Shown here in pieces: positions 20,028 to 29,475 of a DNA stretch of 62,772 bases (its first letter is position 1; each line of letters starts with the position of its first letter). The DNA lies in the NCBI GenBank assembly GCA_021789855.1, contig JAJYIW010000001.1:1-62772 (forward strand). The letters run 5' to 3'. The DNA comes from Chloroflexota bacterium. GTDB lineage: Bacteria; Chloroflexota; Anaerolineae; Anaerolineales; Anaerolineaceae. A program made the translations under genes and the position numbers. The notes under the pieces are model-generated. The model did not search any database, was not told where the DNA came from, and saw nothing but the letters and a program-made list of their open reading frames with translations.

Positions 20028-21302
20028 ATGGAGATGATGATCAAAGCCTTCCAGGAGCCAACCCGGCCCGTTTCAATTAAATTTCAATTATCGTTTGGAC
20101 TGGCGAACGCCGGCGCCTCTATCGCCTTGCTGCCCGTCCTGAATATCCTCATTCCGGCCCAGGTCGCACAGCTTGATCCAGCTCATTCAGCCACGAACCT
20201 GGCTATTGTCCTGGCCACCGGCGCCGCCGGCGCCCTCATAAGCAGTCCTCTCTCTGGCGCACTAAGCGACCGGACCACCTCTCGCCTGGGCCGGCGCACC
20301 CCCTGGATTTTGATCGGAATGGTCACAACCACCCTGGGATTGGGCATCCTTGCCATACAACAAAGCATCTTTGTGCTTGCGGCCGGCTGGTTTATGACCC
20401 AATTCTTCGGGAATATCCTTCTTTCTTCGTATAACGCGATCATTCCTGACCGCGTTCCAGTTTACCAGCGCGGTACCACCCAGGCTATCGTTGGCCTTTC
20501 TACGCCCCTCATTATGGCATTCAGTATCTATTACCTGGGAAAATTGGGGCATCTCGCCACCGGTTATCTCACCCTCTCCATCCTGCTCGTGTTATTAACG
20601 ATCGTCTTCCTGTCCTTTTTTCGCGAGCCCCAACTGCCCGCAGGCATCTTGCCACCTTTAAGTCTCAAAGCCTTCATTAAATCTCTATGGATAAACCCAC
20701 GCCAAAACCCAGACTTTGGAATGGCCTGGATATTTTGGTTCATGATCTGGTCTGCTTATGCCCTCAGCGCCGGGGGCTTCCAATACCTTTTTCTGCAAAA
20801 TGCCATTCATTATTCCACTCTTTTTCCAGGGCATTCTCCTCAAGAAGGCGTGGCGACGATTCAGATACTCTATATCATCGCGGGTATCCCCCTCATGACC
20901 CTGGCGGGGGTTCTTTCAGATCGGATGAAATCGCGGAAAATTTTCGTAACGATTGGCGCATCCTTACTCGCTTGTGGATTATTTTTGCTGGGAATCGCGC
21001 CAGCCTGGGGATGGGTAAAACTTGCCGGCGCCTTCATCGGCGCTGGATTTTGGATCTACTACACCATCGGGCTGGCCATGATCTCGCAGTTGTTGCCGGC
21101 TGCATCCGATCGGGGAAAGGACCTGGGGGTAGTCAATATCGCTGCTACTTTACCCCAAATGATCATGCCCTGGATCGGCGCCTGGATCATCAATACCATC
21201 GGCATCGAAAAGCGGGCCAGTTACCTGGTCATGTTCTGCTCGGGGGCTGCCATTGCTCTCGGTGCGGTCCTATTCTTGCAGCGGATAAAAAAAGTTCCCT
21301 GA
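20028..21302 (+). CDS. MFS transporter
   Basis: 424 aa with about 12 TM helices. 'SGALSDRTTSRLGRRTPW' is the MFS loop 2-3 motif. Confidence 0.8.
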   Translation: MEMMIKAFQEPTRPVSIKFQLSFGLANAGASIALLPVLNILIPAQVAQLDPAHSATNLAIVLATGAAGALISSPLSGALSDRTTSRLGRRTPWILIGMVTTTLGLGILAIQQSIFVLAAGWFMTQFFGNILLSSYNAIIPDRVPVYQRGTTQAIVGLSTPLIMAFSIYYLGKLGHLATGYLTLSILLVLLTIVFLSFFREPQLPAGILPPLSLKAFIKSLWINPRQNPDFGMAWIFWFMIWSAYALSAGGFQYLFLQNAIHYSTLFPGHSPQEGVATIQILYIIAGIPLMTLAGVLSDRMKSRKIFVTIGASLLACGLFLLGIAPAWGWVKLAGAFIGAGFWIYYTIGLAMISQLLPAASDRGKDLGVVNIAATLPQMIMPWIGAWIINTIGIEKRASYLVMFCSGAAIALGAVLFLQRIKKVP

Positions 21303-21330
21303 GTGATTAATTAAACTTCTGGAGGTAGCC

Positions 21331-22008
21331 ATGAATACACCCAACCCCGAATTTGATCCTCAAATGGCCGATTTCGCTGATAACCCTGAGCCACGCTGCC
21401 CGTGTATTTTGCTCCTGGATACATCGGGCTCGATGGCGGGAAAAGCCATCGAACAGCTCAACGCGGGCCTGCACGCTTTCCAGGACGCCCTCAAACAGGA
21501 TAAACTGGCCTCGCTACGGGTTGAAGTCGCTATCCTCAAGTTCGGTTCTCAACCCACTCTACTCCAGGACTTCATCACGGCGGACAGGTTTACTGCGCCT
21601 GCTTTAACCGCCGGGGGAGCCACCCCCATGGGGGCAGCCATTAACATGGCGCTGGATCAGCTTGAGCAAAGAAAACAGCTCTACAAAAAAACCGGAACGA
21701 CTTATTATCGCCCCTGGGTCTTCCTGATTACCGACGGTGAGCCAACCGATGAATGGCAAACGGCTGCACAGCGGGTCCAGGCTGCCGAGGCCAGCAAAGG
21801 AGTGGCTTTTTTTGCCGTCGGCGTTGAGAAGGCAGACATGGCCAAATTAGCCCAAATTGCCCCCCAAGAACGGCCCCCAAAACCGCTGATCGGCCTCGAC
21901 TTCACCACCCTGTTCCTCTGGCTATCCAAGAGCTTAACCAACGTCTCCCATTCCAAAGTGGGCGAACAGGTGCCCCTGGCGCCCGTCGATGGCTGGTCAG
22001 CCGTGTAA
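21331..22008 (+). CDS. vWA-domain protein (TerY-like)
   Basis: MIDAS 'CILLLDTSGSMAGKAIEQLN', 'GGATPMGAAINMA', 'VFLITDGEPTD'. GGAGG RBS. It lies 28 nt after the MFS gene. Confidence 0.8.
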   Translation: MNTPNPEFDPQMADFADNPEPRCPCILLLDTSGSMAGKAIEQLNAGLHAFQDALKQDKLASLRVEVAILKFGSQPTLLQDFITADRFTAPALTAGGATPMGAAINMALDQLEQRKQLYKKTGTTYYRPWVFLITDGEPTDEWQTAAQRVQAAEASKGVAFFAVGVEKADMAKLAQIAPQERPPKPLIGLDFTTLFLWLSKSLTNVSHSKVGEQVPLAPVDGWSAV

Positions 22009-22011
22009 TTC

Positions 22012-22827
22012 ATGGACATTGCGTATCAATCCCTTTCGGCAGGCCATTGGATTGCCCTGGGAGCTTCAGCCCAGGGCGCCCATCACCTTCAGGAAGGGCT
22101 GCCCTGCCAGGATGCTTTTGGCTTCCGCCTGGTAGGGGATGCCACCCTGATCCTGGCAGTGGCTGATGGCCTGGGCTCTGCTCCCCGGTCAGCCACCGGC
22201 GCCTCTCTGGCCGTTGCCACTACCCTGGATTGGATTGAGGCGCAGCTTACCCTGACTATCCCCACGCAGCCCGCCGGGTGGGAGACCCTGGTTCTAGAGG
22301 CCTTCATGGAAGCCCGTGCTGGCCTGGAGCAAGAGGCCGCTTTAGAGTCCTTAGCCATCAGTGAATTAGCCACCACCTTGCTTATAGCGGCAGTCACCCC
22401 CGATCTTTTGGTCACCGGGCAAGTAGGCGATGGCGCCATAGTGGCGATGGAACAGGATGGCCCGCTCTTAACCATCAGTCCCCCACAAAATGGCGAATAC
22501 ATTAATGAGACATTTTCCATCACATCGCCCCACCCGGAAGATTACGCCCAAATCGTGATCACCCCATTGAAGGTGGACGGCCTGGCATTGTTCTCAGATG
22601 GGATGCAACGCCTGGCCCTCCACCTCCAGGACCTCTCTCCTCACCCACCTTTTTTCTTACCCCTTTTCCAGCAGCTCGCCGGCATACAAAATGGAACCGA
22701 GGCGTCCATTACCCTGGCAAACTTTTTATCCTCAGAGCGCGTCAACGCACTCACATCCGACGATAAAACCCTGGTGCTTGCTAAATATACAGGTCCAGCG
22801 ATCACCCCCAGGGATGAACCAGGATGA
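22012..22827 (+). CDS. PP2C-family Ser/Thr protein phosphatase
   Basis: 'GAHHLQEGLPCQDAFGF', 'LAVADGLGSA', 'GQVGDGAIVA', 'LALFSDGMQ'. It starts 4 nt after the vWA stop. Confidence 0.75.
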   Translation: MDIAYQSLSAGHWIALGASAQGAHHLQEGLPCQDAFGFRLVGDATLILAVADGLGSAPRSATGASLAVATTLDWIEAQLTLTIPTQPAGWETLVLEAFMEARAGLEQEAALESLAISELATTLLIAAVTPDLLVTGQVGDGAIVAMEQDGPLLTISPPQNGEYINETFSITSPHPEDYAQIVITPLKVDGLALFSDGMQRLALHLQDLSPHPPFFLPLFQQLAGIQNGTEASITLANFLSSERVNALTSDDKTLVLAKYTGPAITPRDEPG

Positions 22828-24539
22828 ACTCTCAATTTACGACCCAAACCAGGCAATCCATTCTCCTGGGCGAGCTCCTCGCGCAGGGAGGCGAAGGCAG
22901 CGTGTGGAGCGTAGTGGGTCGCCCCGAAGTGGCCAAAATTTATCATCCCACCATGGTGAGAAATGACCAGGAAGCCAAGCTGTCCATTATGGTGGCCAAC
23001 CCACCCAGCGACGCGATGCGAAGTAAGTATCATCATGTCTCGATCGCCTGGCCCACGGCGCTGCTTTACCAGGACTCAAAATTTAACGGCTTTTTGATGC
23101 CGCAATTGGGGGAAAGCTTTAAAATCCTCGAGGTCTATAATCCCAGGCTGCGTAAAGCACGCTACCCAGGATTTAACTGGAAATACCTGGTGCATACCGC
23201 GTTCAATCTTTCGATTGCTATGAATGCTATTCACGCCAGGGGCTATGTCATTGGAGATATCAACGAAAGCAACATCATGGTCACCCGGCAGGCGCTGGTC
23301 AGCCTGATCGACACCGATTCTTTTCAGGTGCAGGATCATGCCGGAAGAATTTTTCGCTGCCCGGTGGGGCGGGAAGAATTTACCCCGCCCGAATTACAGG
23401 GAGTCCAGTTTAATTCGGTGAACCGGCTCCCAGAGCATGACTATTTTGGCCTGGCCGTCATGATTTTTTTATTATTGATGGAAGGTAACCACCCTTTTGC
23501 AGGTATCCTTAAGAAACCCAACCCGGGTACGGATCCAAATAATGTATACTGCCTGAAGCAGGGGTCATTCCCTTACGCCAATAACTCATTGTCCATCCCA
23601 CGGCCCACAGCACCCCCGCTAAAACTTCTCCCGCCGGAAATTCAACAGTTAATGGTGAAGTGCTTTGTGGAAGGGTATGCCACCCCCAAGGCCCGGCCGC
23701 CAACCGCCGAATGGGTGCAGGCTCTGGAAAAGACCGAGTCTTGCCTGGTTCAATGCCACAACGACCCAGACCATTGGTACTCCGATCACCTGCACCACTG
23801 CCCCTGGTGTCCGGCTGACTCGACCAGGCTCCAGAAACCCCTTCCACCCATCAGGGCGGCGGGTACCGGGCTCAATGTTTCTGCTCCATCTTCAAGGGGT
23901 GCCCCTCAAGCCTATCCAACCAGCCAGCCAGCTCGCTCCCCCATGCCGACCAATCCGCCAGGCTCAACAATAAGCCAGGCGGGCTTAAAGCCCTTCGGCT
24001 ACCGAAGTGGTTCAACGCCTCGCTCCACAATGAAACGGTGGGGGCAGAAAGCGGGCTTTAGCCTCCTGGGAGGAATGCTCAGCGGCGTGGGATTATCTTA
24101 CCTGTTTGAGCTGATGTTTCATTACCCGGCCACAACCAGTTGGGTGCTCGCCATCGTGTCGGGAGTAATCACCTTTAGTGCATTAGTACTTTTTACCCGT
24201 CTCGTATATAATCAACTTTTAAAGCCAGATCATCCATTTAAAAACGAAATTGGCCTTCTATTGTCTTTGCTCAGCTTCCTTTCTGCCTTTGCAATCGGGT
24301 ATCTGATGCAGCAACTGGCAGGAAGCTTTTTGGTCACATACCAGTTGCGTTTCGACTGGCTGCTGCTAGAGAGCTGCTTGCTTGGATTGGGGAGCGGCGC
24401 GGCGCTCGGCACTTACCGCTTTTATTCCAGGCCAAGGCAAAAATGGCAGGTGGTCTTCTGGCCGGCCTTAATCGTCCTTTTGACCTTGCTGATTGTGGGT
24501 TTGGTCAGCTCACAACTCAACCCATTTCAGCCCGTCTGA
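22824..24539 (+). CDS. Ser/Thr protein kinase-like protein with Cys/His cluster and C-terminal multi-TM region
   Basis: 'GGEGSVWSV...VAKIY' (G-loop/Lys), '[13 protein letters not shown]' (catalytic loop), 'LIDTDSFQ' (DFG-like), 'FTPPEL' (APE-like). '[24 protein letters not shown]' lies at nt 23742-23813. A Pro/Ser-rich linker follows, then 4-5 TM helices. The ATGA start overlaps the PP2C stop. Confidence 0.75.
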   Translation: MNSQFTTQTRQSILLGELLAQGGEGSVWSVVGRPEVAKIYHPTMVRNDQEAKLSIMVANPPSDAMRSKYHHVSIAWPTALLYQDSKFNGFLMPQLGESFKILEVYNPRLRKARYPGFNWKYLVHTAFNLSIAMNAIHARGYVIGDINESNIMVTRQALVSLIDTDSFQVQDHAGRIFRCPVGREEFTPPELQGVQFNSVNRLPEHDYFGLAVMIFLLLMEGNHPFAGILKKPNPGTDPNNVYCLKQGSFPYANNSLSIPRPTAPPLKLLPPEIQQLMVKCFVEGYATPKARPPTAEWVQALEKTESCLVQCHNDPDHWYSDHLHHCPWCPADSTRLQKPLPPIRAAGTGLNVSAPSSRGAPQAYPTSQPARSPMPTNPPGSTISQAGLKPFGYRSGSTPRSTMKRWGQKAGFSLLGGMLSGVGLSYLFELMFHYPATTSWVLAIVSGVITFSALVLFTRLVYNQLLKPDHPFKNEIGLLLSLLSFLSAFAIGYLMQQLAGSFLVTYQLRFDWLLLESCLLGLGSGAALGTYRFYSRPRQKWQVVFWPALIVLLTLLIVGLVSSQLNPFQPV

Positions 24540-24595
24540 AAGAGAGACCGGACCTCTCATGGCTCATTGAAATTAAGAAGAATTGGAGAAACCTC

Positions 24596-27040
24596 ATGCG
24601 CTTCGGATATTTTGACGATGAAAACCGCGAATATGTCATCACCCGGCCGGACACTCCCCTCCCCTGGATTAATTACCTGGGGTGTGAAGCCTACTTTGGC
24701 ATCATTTCCAACACCGCCGGCGGTTACTCATTTTACAAAGATGCTCGCCTGCGCCGGCTGACACGCTACCGTTACAATGACGTCCCCCTGGACTCCAATG
24801 GTCGCTATCTTTACCTCCGCGATCGCGACTCAGCCGCCTACTGGTCTCCCACCTGGCAGCCCACTCGCCAGCCGCTGGATCACTATACCTGCCGGCACGG
24901 ACTCGGCTATACGACCATCGACTCAACTAAAAATGGGATTGCAGCAAGAATCCGTTATTTCGTCCCTATGGGGCAAAACCTCGAAATCTGGCAGGTTCAA
25001 CTGACCAACCTTCGCCAATCCACAGCCAAACTATCCCTCTTTTCAAGTATCGAATTTTGCCTTTGGGATGCCCAGGACGATACCACCAATTTCCAGCGCA
25101 ATTTCAGCACCGGCGAGGTGGAAGTCGAAGATGGCGTTATTTACCACAAGACAGAATACCGGGAACGGCGCAACCACTTTGCCTACTTTGCCTGTTCCGA
25201 TCCCGTGATTGGCTATGATACCCAGCGAGAATCCTTCTTGGGCGCTTATGGCAGTTGGGAGCGACCGGGCGTGGTTGAAAAGGGCCAATCACAAAATTCA
25301 ATCGCCCATGGCTGGGCGCCAATTGGATCGCACCACGTGCAAATAGACCTCCAGCCGGGTGAAACACACCAGGTGATCTTCCTGTTGGGCTACCATGAAA
25401 ACCCCCAGGATGCTAAGTTTGACCCGCCGAATACCACAGTCATCAATAAAAAACAGGTTAAGCCGGTGATAGCCCATTTCCTGAAACCTGACACCGTCGA
25501 GCAGGCCTTCCAGGGGCTGAAAAAATATTGGCAGGGCCTTTTGAATGTGATGCAGGCTGAGACCCCCGACGAGCATACCAACCGCATGGTTAATATCTGG
25601 AATGCTTACCAGTGCATGGTCACCTTCAACATGTCCCGTTCAGCCTCCTATTATGAATCGGGCATTGGGCGCGGCATGGGTTTTCGCGACTCAAACCAGG
25701 ACTTGCTGGGGTTTGTCCACATGGTGCCAGAACGCGCCCGGGAACGCATTCTGGACACCGCCGCGACACAACTGGAAAATGGCGGAGCCTACCACCAGTA
25801 CCAGCCGTTAACCAAGCGGGGGAACAACGACGTGGGCAGTAACTTTAACGATGACCCGCTCTGGCTGATCCTGGCAGTCACCACTTACCTCAAGGAAACC
25901 GGCGATTGGAGCATCCTGGATGCACCGGCCGAATACGATAACCAGCCGGGAACAGCCACACCGCTTTATGAACATTTGCAGCGCTCTCTGCGCTACACCA
26001 TGGACCGGTTGGGGCCGCACAATCTGCCATTGATCGGGCGGGCCGATTGGAATGATTGCCTGAACCTCAACTGTTTCTCGGACACGCCGGGGCAATCCTT
26101 CCAGACCACAACGAACAAAGATGGCAAAGTGGCCGAGTCCGTGTTCATCGCCGGGCTCTATATCCTTGCCGCCAAAGAAATGGCAGCTTTAGCCAGTCAC
26201 CTATCTAGAAACGAGGAAGCCAAAAGCTATCTTGCCAATGCCGCTCAGATGGAAACCACTTTGCTGGCGCATGGCTGGGATGGAAAGTGGTTCCGCCGCG
26301 CATACGATGATTTTGGACAGCTCGTAGGATCCGCCGCGTGCGCTGAAGGGCAAATCTTCATTGAGCCCCAGGGCATCGCCATCATGGCGGGCGTCGGGTT
26401 ACAGGATGGCAAAGCCGAGCTAGCCCTGGATTCCGTCAGGGAACGCCTGGCTACCCCCCATGGGATTATTCTGCAACAGCCTGCCTTCTCGCATTATTAC
26501 CTGAATTTAGGCGAAATATCCTCCTATCCACCTGGTTACAAGGAAAACGCCGGGATCTTCTGCCACACCAACCCCTGGATCATGATCGCCGAAACCATCG
26601 TTGGGCGGGGCGACGCCGCTTACGATTACTACCTGCGTATCAATCCATCTGCTCGTGAATCAATCAGCGAAATTCACCGCTGCGAACCCTACGTGTACGC
26701 GCAGATGATCGCCGGAAAAGATGCTCCCAGTTTCGGGGAAGCCAAAAATTCCTGGCTTAGCGGCACCGCCGCCTGGAATTACATTGCCATCACCCAATGG
26801 ATCCTGGGCATCCGTCCCAGCCTGGATGGGCTGGAGATCGCCCCGGTCATTCCTGCCGCCTGGACGGGGTTTAAGGCCACCCGCATCTTCCGGGGGATCA
26901 CCTATCATATCACCGTCGAAAGAAAAGGACCTGGCAATGCCCTGGCCTTGTGGGTCAACGGCCAGCCAGCCAAAAGCCATGTCGTCCCGCTCCCAACCGA
27001 TGGAAAGAAGGAAGTCCAAGTTCTGATCCATTTATCATAA
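24596..27040 (+). CDS. GH94 glycoside phosphorylase (cellobiose phosphorylase-like)
   Basis: '[29 protein letters not shown]', 'GFRDSNQD', '[12 protein letters not shown]'. 815 aa from ATG 24596. The track ORF start at 24443 overlaps the kinase gene. Confidence 0.9.
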   Translation: MRFGYFDDENREYVITRPDTPLPWINYLGCEAYFGIISNTAGGYSFYKDARLRRLTRYRYNDVPLDSNGRYLYLRDRDSAAYWSPTWQPTRQPLDHYTCRHGLGYTTIDSTKNGIAARIRYFVPMGQNLEIWQVQLTNLRQSTAKLSLFSSIEFCLWDAQDDTTNFQRNFSTGEVEVEDGVIYHKTEYRERRNHFAYFACSDPVIGYDTQRESFLGAYGSWERPGVVEKGQSQNSIAHGWAPIGSHHVQIDLQPGETHQVIFLLGYHENPQDAKFDPPNTTVINKKQVKPVIAHFLKPDTVEQAFQGLKKYWQGLLNVMQAETPDEHTNRMVNIWNAYQCMVTFNMSRSASYYESGIGRGMGFRDSNQDLLGFVHMVPERARERILDTAATQLENGGAYHQYQPLTKRGNNDVGSNFNDDPLWLILAVTTYLKETGDWSILDAPAEYDNQPGTATPLYEHLQRSLRYTMDRLGPHNLPLIGRADWNDCLNLNCFSDTPGQSFQTTTNKDGKVAESVFIAGLYILAAKEMAALASHLSRNEEAKSYLANAAQMETTLLAHGWDGKWFRRAYDDFGQLVGSAACAEGQIFIEPQGIAIMAGVGLQDGKAELALDSVRERLATPHGIILQQPAFSHYYLNLGEISSYPPGYKENAGIFCHTNPWIMIAETIVGRGDAAYDYYLRINPSARESISEIHRCEPYVYAQMIAGKDAPSFGEAKNSWLSGTAAWNYIAITQWILGIRPSLDGLEIAPVIPAAWTGFKATRIFRGITYHITVERKGPGNALALWVNGQPAKSHVVPLPTDGKKEVQVLIHLS

Positions 27041-27060
27041 ATCGTAACAGGAGGGCACAG

Positions 27061-29475
27061 ATGTCAGCCTACGGTTACTTTGACGATCGCCGGCGCGAGT
27101 ATATCATCACCAATCCCCAAACGCCGGTGACATGGATCAATTACATCGGCACCCTGGCCTTCGGTGGTTTCGTCGATGCGACCGGTGGTGCCTTAATCTG
27201 CAAAGGCGATCCAGCGCTCAATCGCATCACCAAATATATCTCCCAGCTTCCCGCTTCGGACTTCAAAGGTGAAACGCTCTACCTCCGCATCAAGCGTGAC
27301 AAAGGTTACCAGGTGTTCTCCCCATTCTTTGTTCCCTGCCTGGTGCCTTATGATGCTTATGAATGTGCGGTTGGGCTGGGATACTCGCGGATTCGCTCAG
27401 TGGTTTTTGGGATTGAAACCGAAATCACCATTTTCGTCCCGCCCGGCGAGGCGGCAGAAATCCGCGATATCCACGTGACCAACCTGTCCGGCGAGCCGGT
27501 CGAAGTCGATGCGATCCCGGTGGTGGAATACACCCATTTTGACGCCCTCAAGCAATTAACCAATGCCGACTGGGTACCCCAGACCATGCAGAGTGATGCT
27601 TTCCGTGAAGCCGGTGGATTGACCACCCTGGCTCAGTACGCCTTCATGAATAAGGCTACGCGAGTCAACTTTTTTACATCCAACCTGCCTGCAGCCTCAT
27701 TTGAAACCGACCGGCGTCATTTCCTGGGCCACCAGGGTTATGGAACCTGGGCTAACCCGGCCAGCCTCCAGGCGGATGAATTATCCAATCGTGAAGCCAG
27801 GAGGGGCGACAACATCGGCGCCCTGCTGCACCACCTGGGGGTGTTAAAAAGCGGTGAGACCCGCCGGCTGATTACCCAGCTTCGCCAGGAGGCCAGCTGG
27901 GAGCAGGCGCTGCCAGCCCTACAGCGTTATCGCCAGGTCGAAACGGTGGACCAGGCGCGGCTGGATCTCGAGCACTTTTGGGATAACTACCTGGCCCGGC
28001 AACAGGTAGAGACGCCCGATGCAGCCTTAAATTCAATGCTGAACATCCACAACCCCCACCAATGCTACATCACCTTCAACTGGTCGCGCTACCTCTCTTT
28101 ATACCAGCTTGGCTATGGCGCCCGCGGCATCGGCATGCGCGACAGCTCGCAAGATGTGATGGGAGTCCTGCCATCTGCGCCAGGCCAGGCGAAGGAGCTA
28201 CTGCGTAAACTGCTCCAGGTCCAAAAACGAGATGGTTCGGGAATGCACCAATTTAACCCGTTAACGATGATCGGCAGCGAAGGCGACTCCCTGGAAAGGG
28301 AAGATCGTCCCCACTATTACTCCGACGATCACCTGTGGATCGTCCTGGCGGTCACTGCTTATCTCAAGGAGACCGGCGATTTTGGTTTCCTCGATGAGGT
28401 GATTCCCTATTACGATAAAGATCGCCATGAGCAGCCTATCGAGGCCGGCTCTGTTTTAACGCACCTCGATCGCGCCATTGAATTTACCCGCCAGGATACA
28501 GGCCAGCATGGCCTGCCCTTTCTGGGGTTTGCCGATTGGAACGACACGATGAACCTCCCCAAGGGGGCCGAATCGCTTTTCACTGCCAGCCTGTACGGCG
28601 CCGCCTTGAAAGAGCTGATCGACCTGGCCAGTTTCCGCCAGGATACTACACGCCGGGCCAAATTCCAGGCCTATTATGAACAAATGCGAGAAGCCGTCAA
28701 CACCAACGGCTGGGATGGCGAATGGTACATCAGTTATTTCGACCAAGCGGGGTCCCCAATGGGCTCCAAACAAAACGCCGCCGGGCAGATCTATGCCTAT
28801 GGCCAGGCCTGGCCCGTCATCTCCGGCTTTGCTTCTCCCGATCAGGCCAGGCGAGCCCTGGAGTCGGTTTTCCAAAAACTCAACACGCGCAACGGGATCA
28901 AGCTCAGCGCACCCGGTTTCAACGGCTTCGACCCGGCCAAAGGCGGCATCACCACCTATCCGCCTGGAGCTAAGGAGAATGGCGGGATTTTCCTCCATGT
29001 CAACCCCTGGATCATCATCGCTGAGACCCGGCTGGGAAATGGCGACCGGGCCTACCAATACTACACTCAAATTAACCCCGCCATGAAAAATGAGAAAATA
29101 GACGAGTATGAGTGTGAGCCTTACGTCTATCCACAAAACATCCTGGGAAACGAACATCCCCAGTTTGGCCTGGCGCGCAATAGCTGGTTATCCGGCACGG
29201 CATCCTGGGCTTACCAGGCCGGCACCCGGTATATCCTGGGCATCCAACCTGATTACCAGGGGCTGAAAATTGAGCCTTGCATCCCTTCCGCCTGGGATGA
29301 ATATCATGTGACCCGCATCTATCGCGGCGCGACCTATACCATCGAGGTCAAAAACCCCCACCATCTCAACGGGGGTGTAGCCCGCATGCGGATCAATGGC
29401 AACGTCATCCAGGGAAATAGCATCCCGCCCCACCAACCGGGCGAGCAGGTGTCTGTCGAAGTGATTTTAGGGTAA
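27061..29475 (+). CDS. GH94 glycoside phosphorylase paralog (cellobiose/cellodextrin/chitobiose phosphorylase family)
   Basis: 'MSAYGYFDDRRREYIITNPQTPVTWINYIG', 'GMRDSSQD', 'GFADWNDTMNL'. AGGAGG lies before ATG 27061. 804 aa. Confidence 0.85.
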   Translation: MSAYGYFDDRRREYIITNPQTPVTWINYIGTLAFGGFVDATGGALICKGDPALNRITKYISQLPASDFKGETLYLRIKRDKGYQVFSPFFVPCLVPYDAYECAVGLGYSRIRSVVFGIETEITIFVPPGEAAEIRDIHVTNLSGEPVEVDAIPVVEYTHFDALKQLTNADWVPQTMQSDAFREAGGLTTLAQYAFMNKATRVNFFTSNLPAASFETDRRHFLGHQGYGTWANPASLQADELSNREARRGDNIGALLHHLGVLKSGETRRLITQLRQEASWEQALPALQRYRQVETVDQARLDLEHFWDNYLARQQVETPDAALNSMLNIHNPHQCYITFNWSRYLSLYQLGYGARGIGMRDSSQDVMGVLPSAPGQAKELLRKLLQVQKRDGSGMHQFNPLTMIGSEGDSLEREDRPHYYSDDHLWIVLAVTAYLKETGDFGFLDEVIPYYDKDRHEQPIEAGSVLTHLDRAIEFTRQDTGQHGLPFLGFADWNDTMNLPKGAESLFTASLYGAALKELIDLASFRQDTTRRAKFQAYYEQMREAVNTNGWDGEWYISYFDQAGSPMGSKQNAAGQIYAYGQAWPVISGFASPDQARRALESVFQKLNTRNGIKLSAPGFNGFDPAKGGITTYPPGAKENGGIFLHVNPWIIIAETRLGNGDRAYQYYTQINPAMKNEKIDEYECEPYVYPQNILGNEHPQFGLARNSWLSGTASWAYQAGTRYILGIQPDYQGLKIEPCIPSAWDEYHVTRIYRGATYTIEVKNPHHLNGGVARMRINGNVIQGNSIPPHQPGEQVSVEVILG

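Noticed and set aside
24443-24595. The N-terminal 51-aa extension of the first GH94 ORF in the track. The same issue applies to 26950..27060 for the second GH94, 31765..31917 for the polymerase and 50045..50308 for the 76-aa protein.
   Set aside because: The extensions overlap the preceding genes and lack family-typical sequence. Internal ATGs reproduce the canonical family N-termini (MRFGYFDD..., MSAYGYFDD..., MIDYSGW...) and have RBS or coupling signals.
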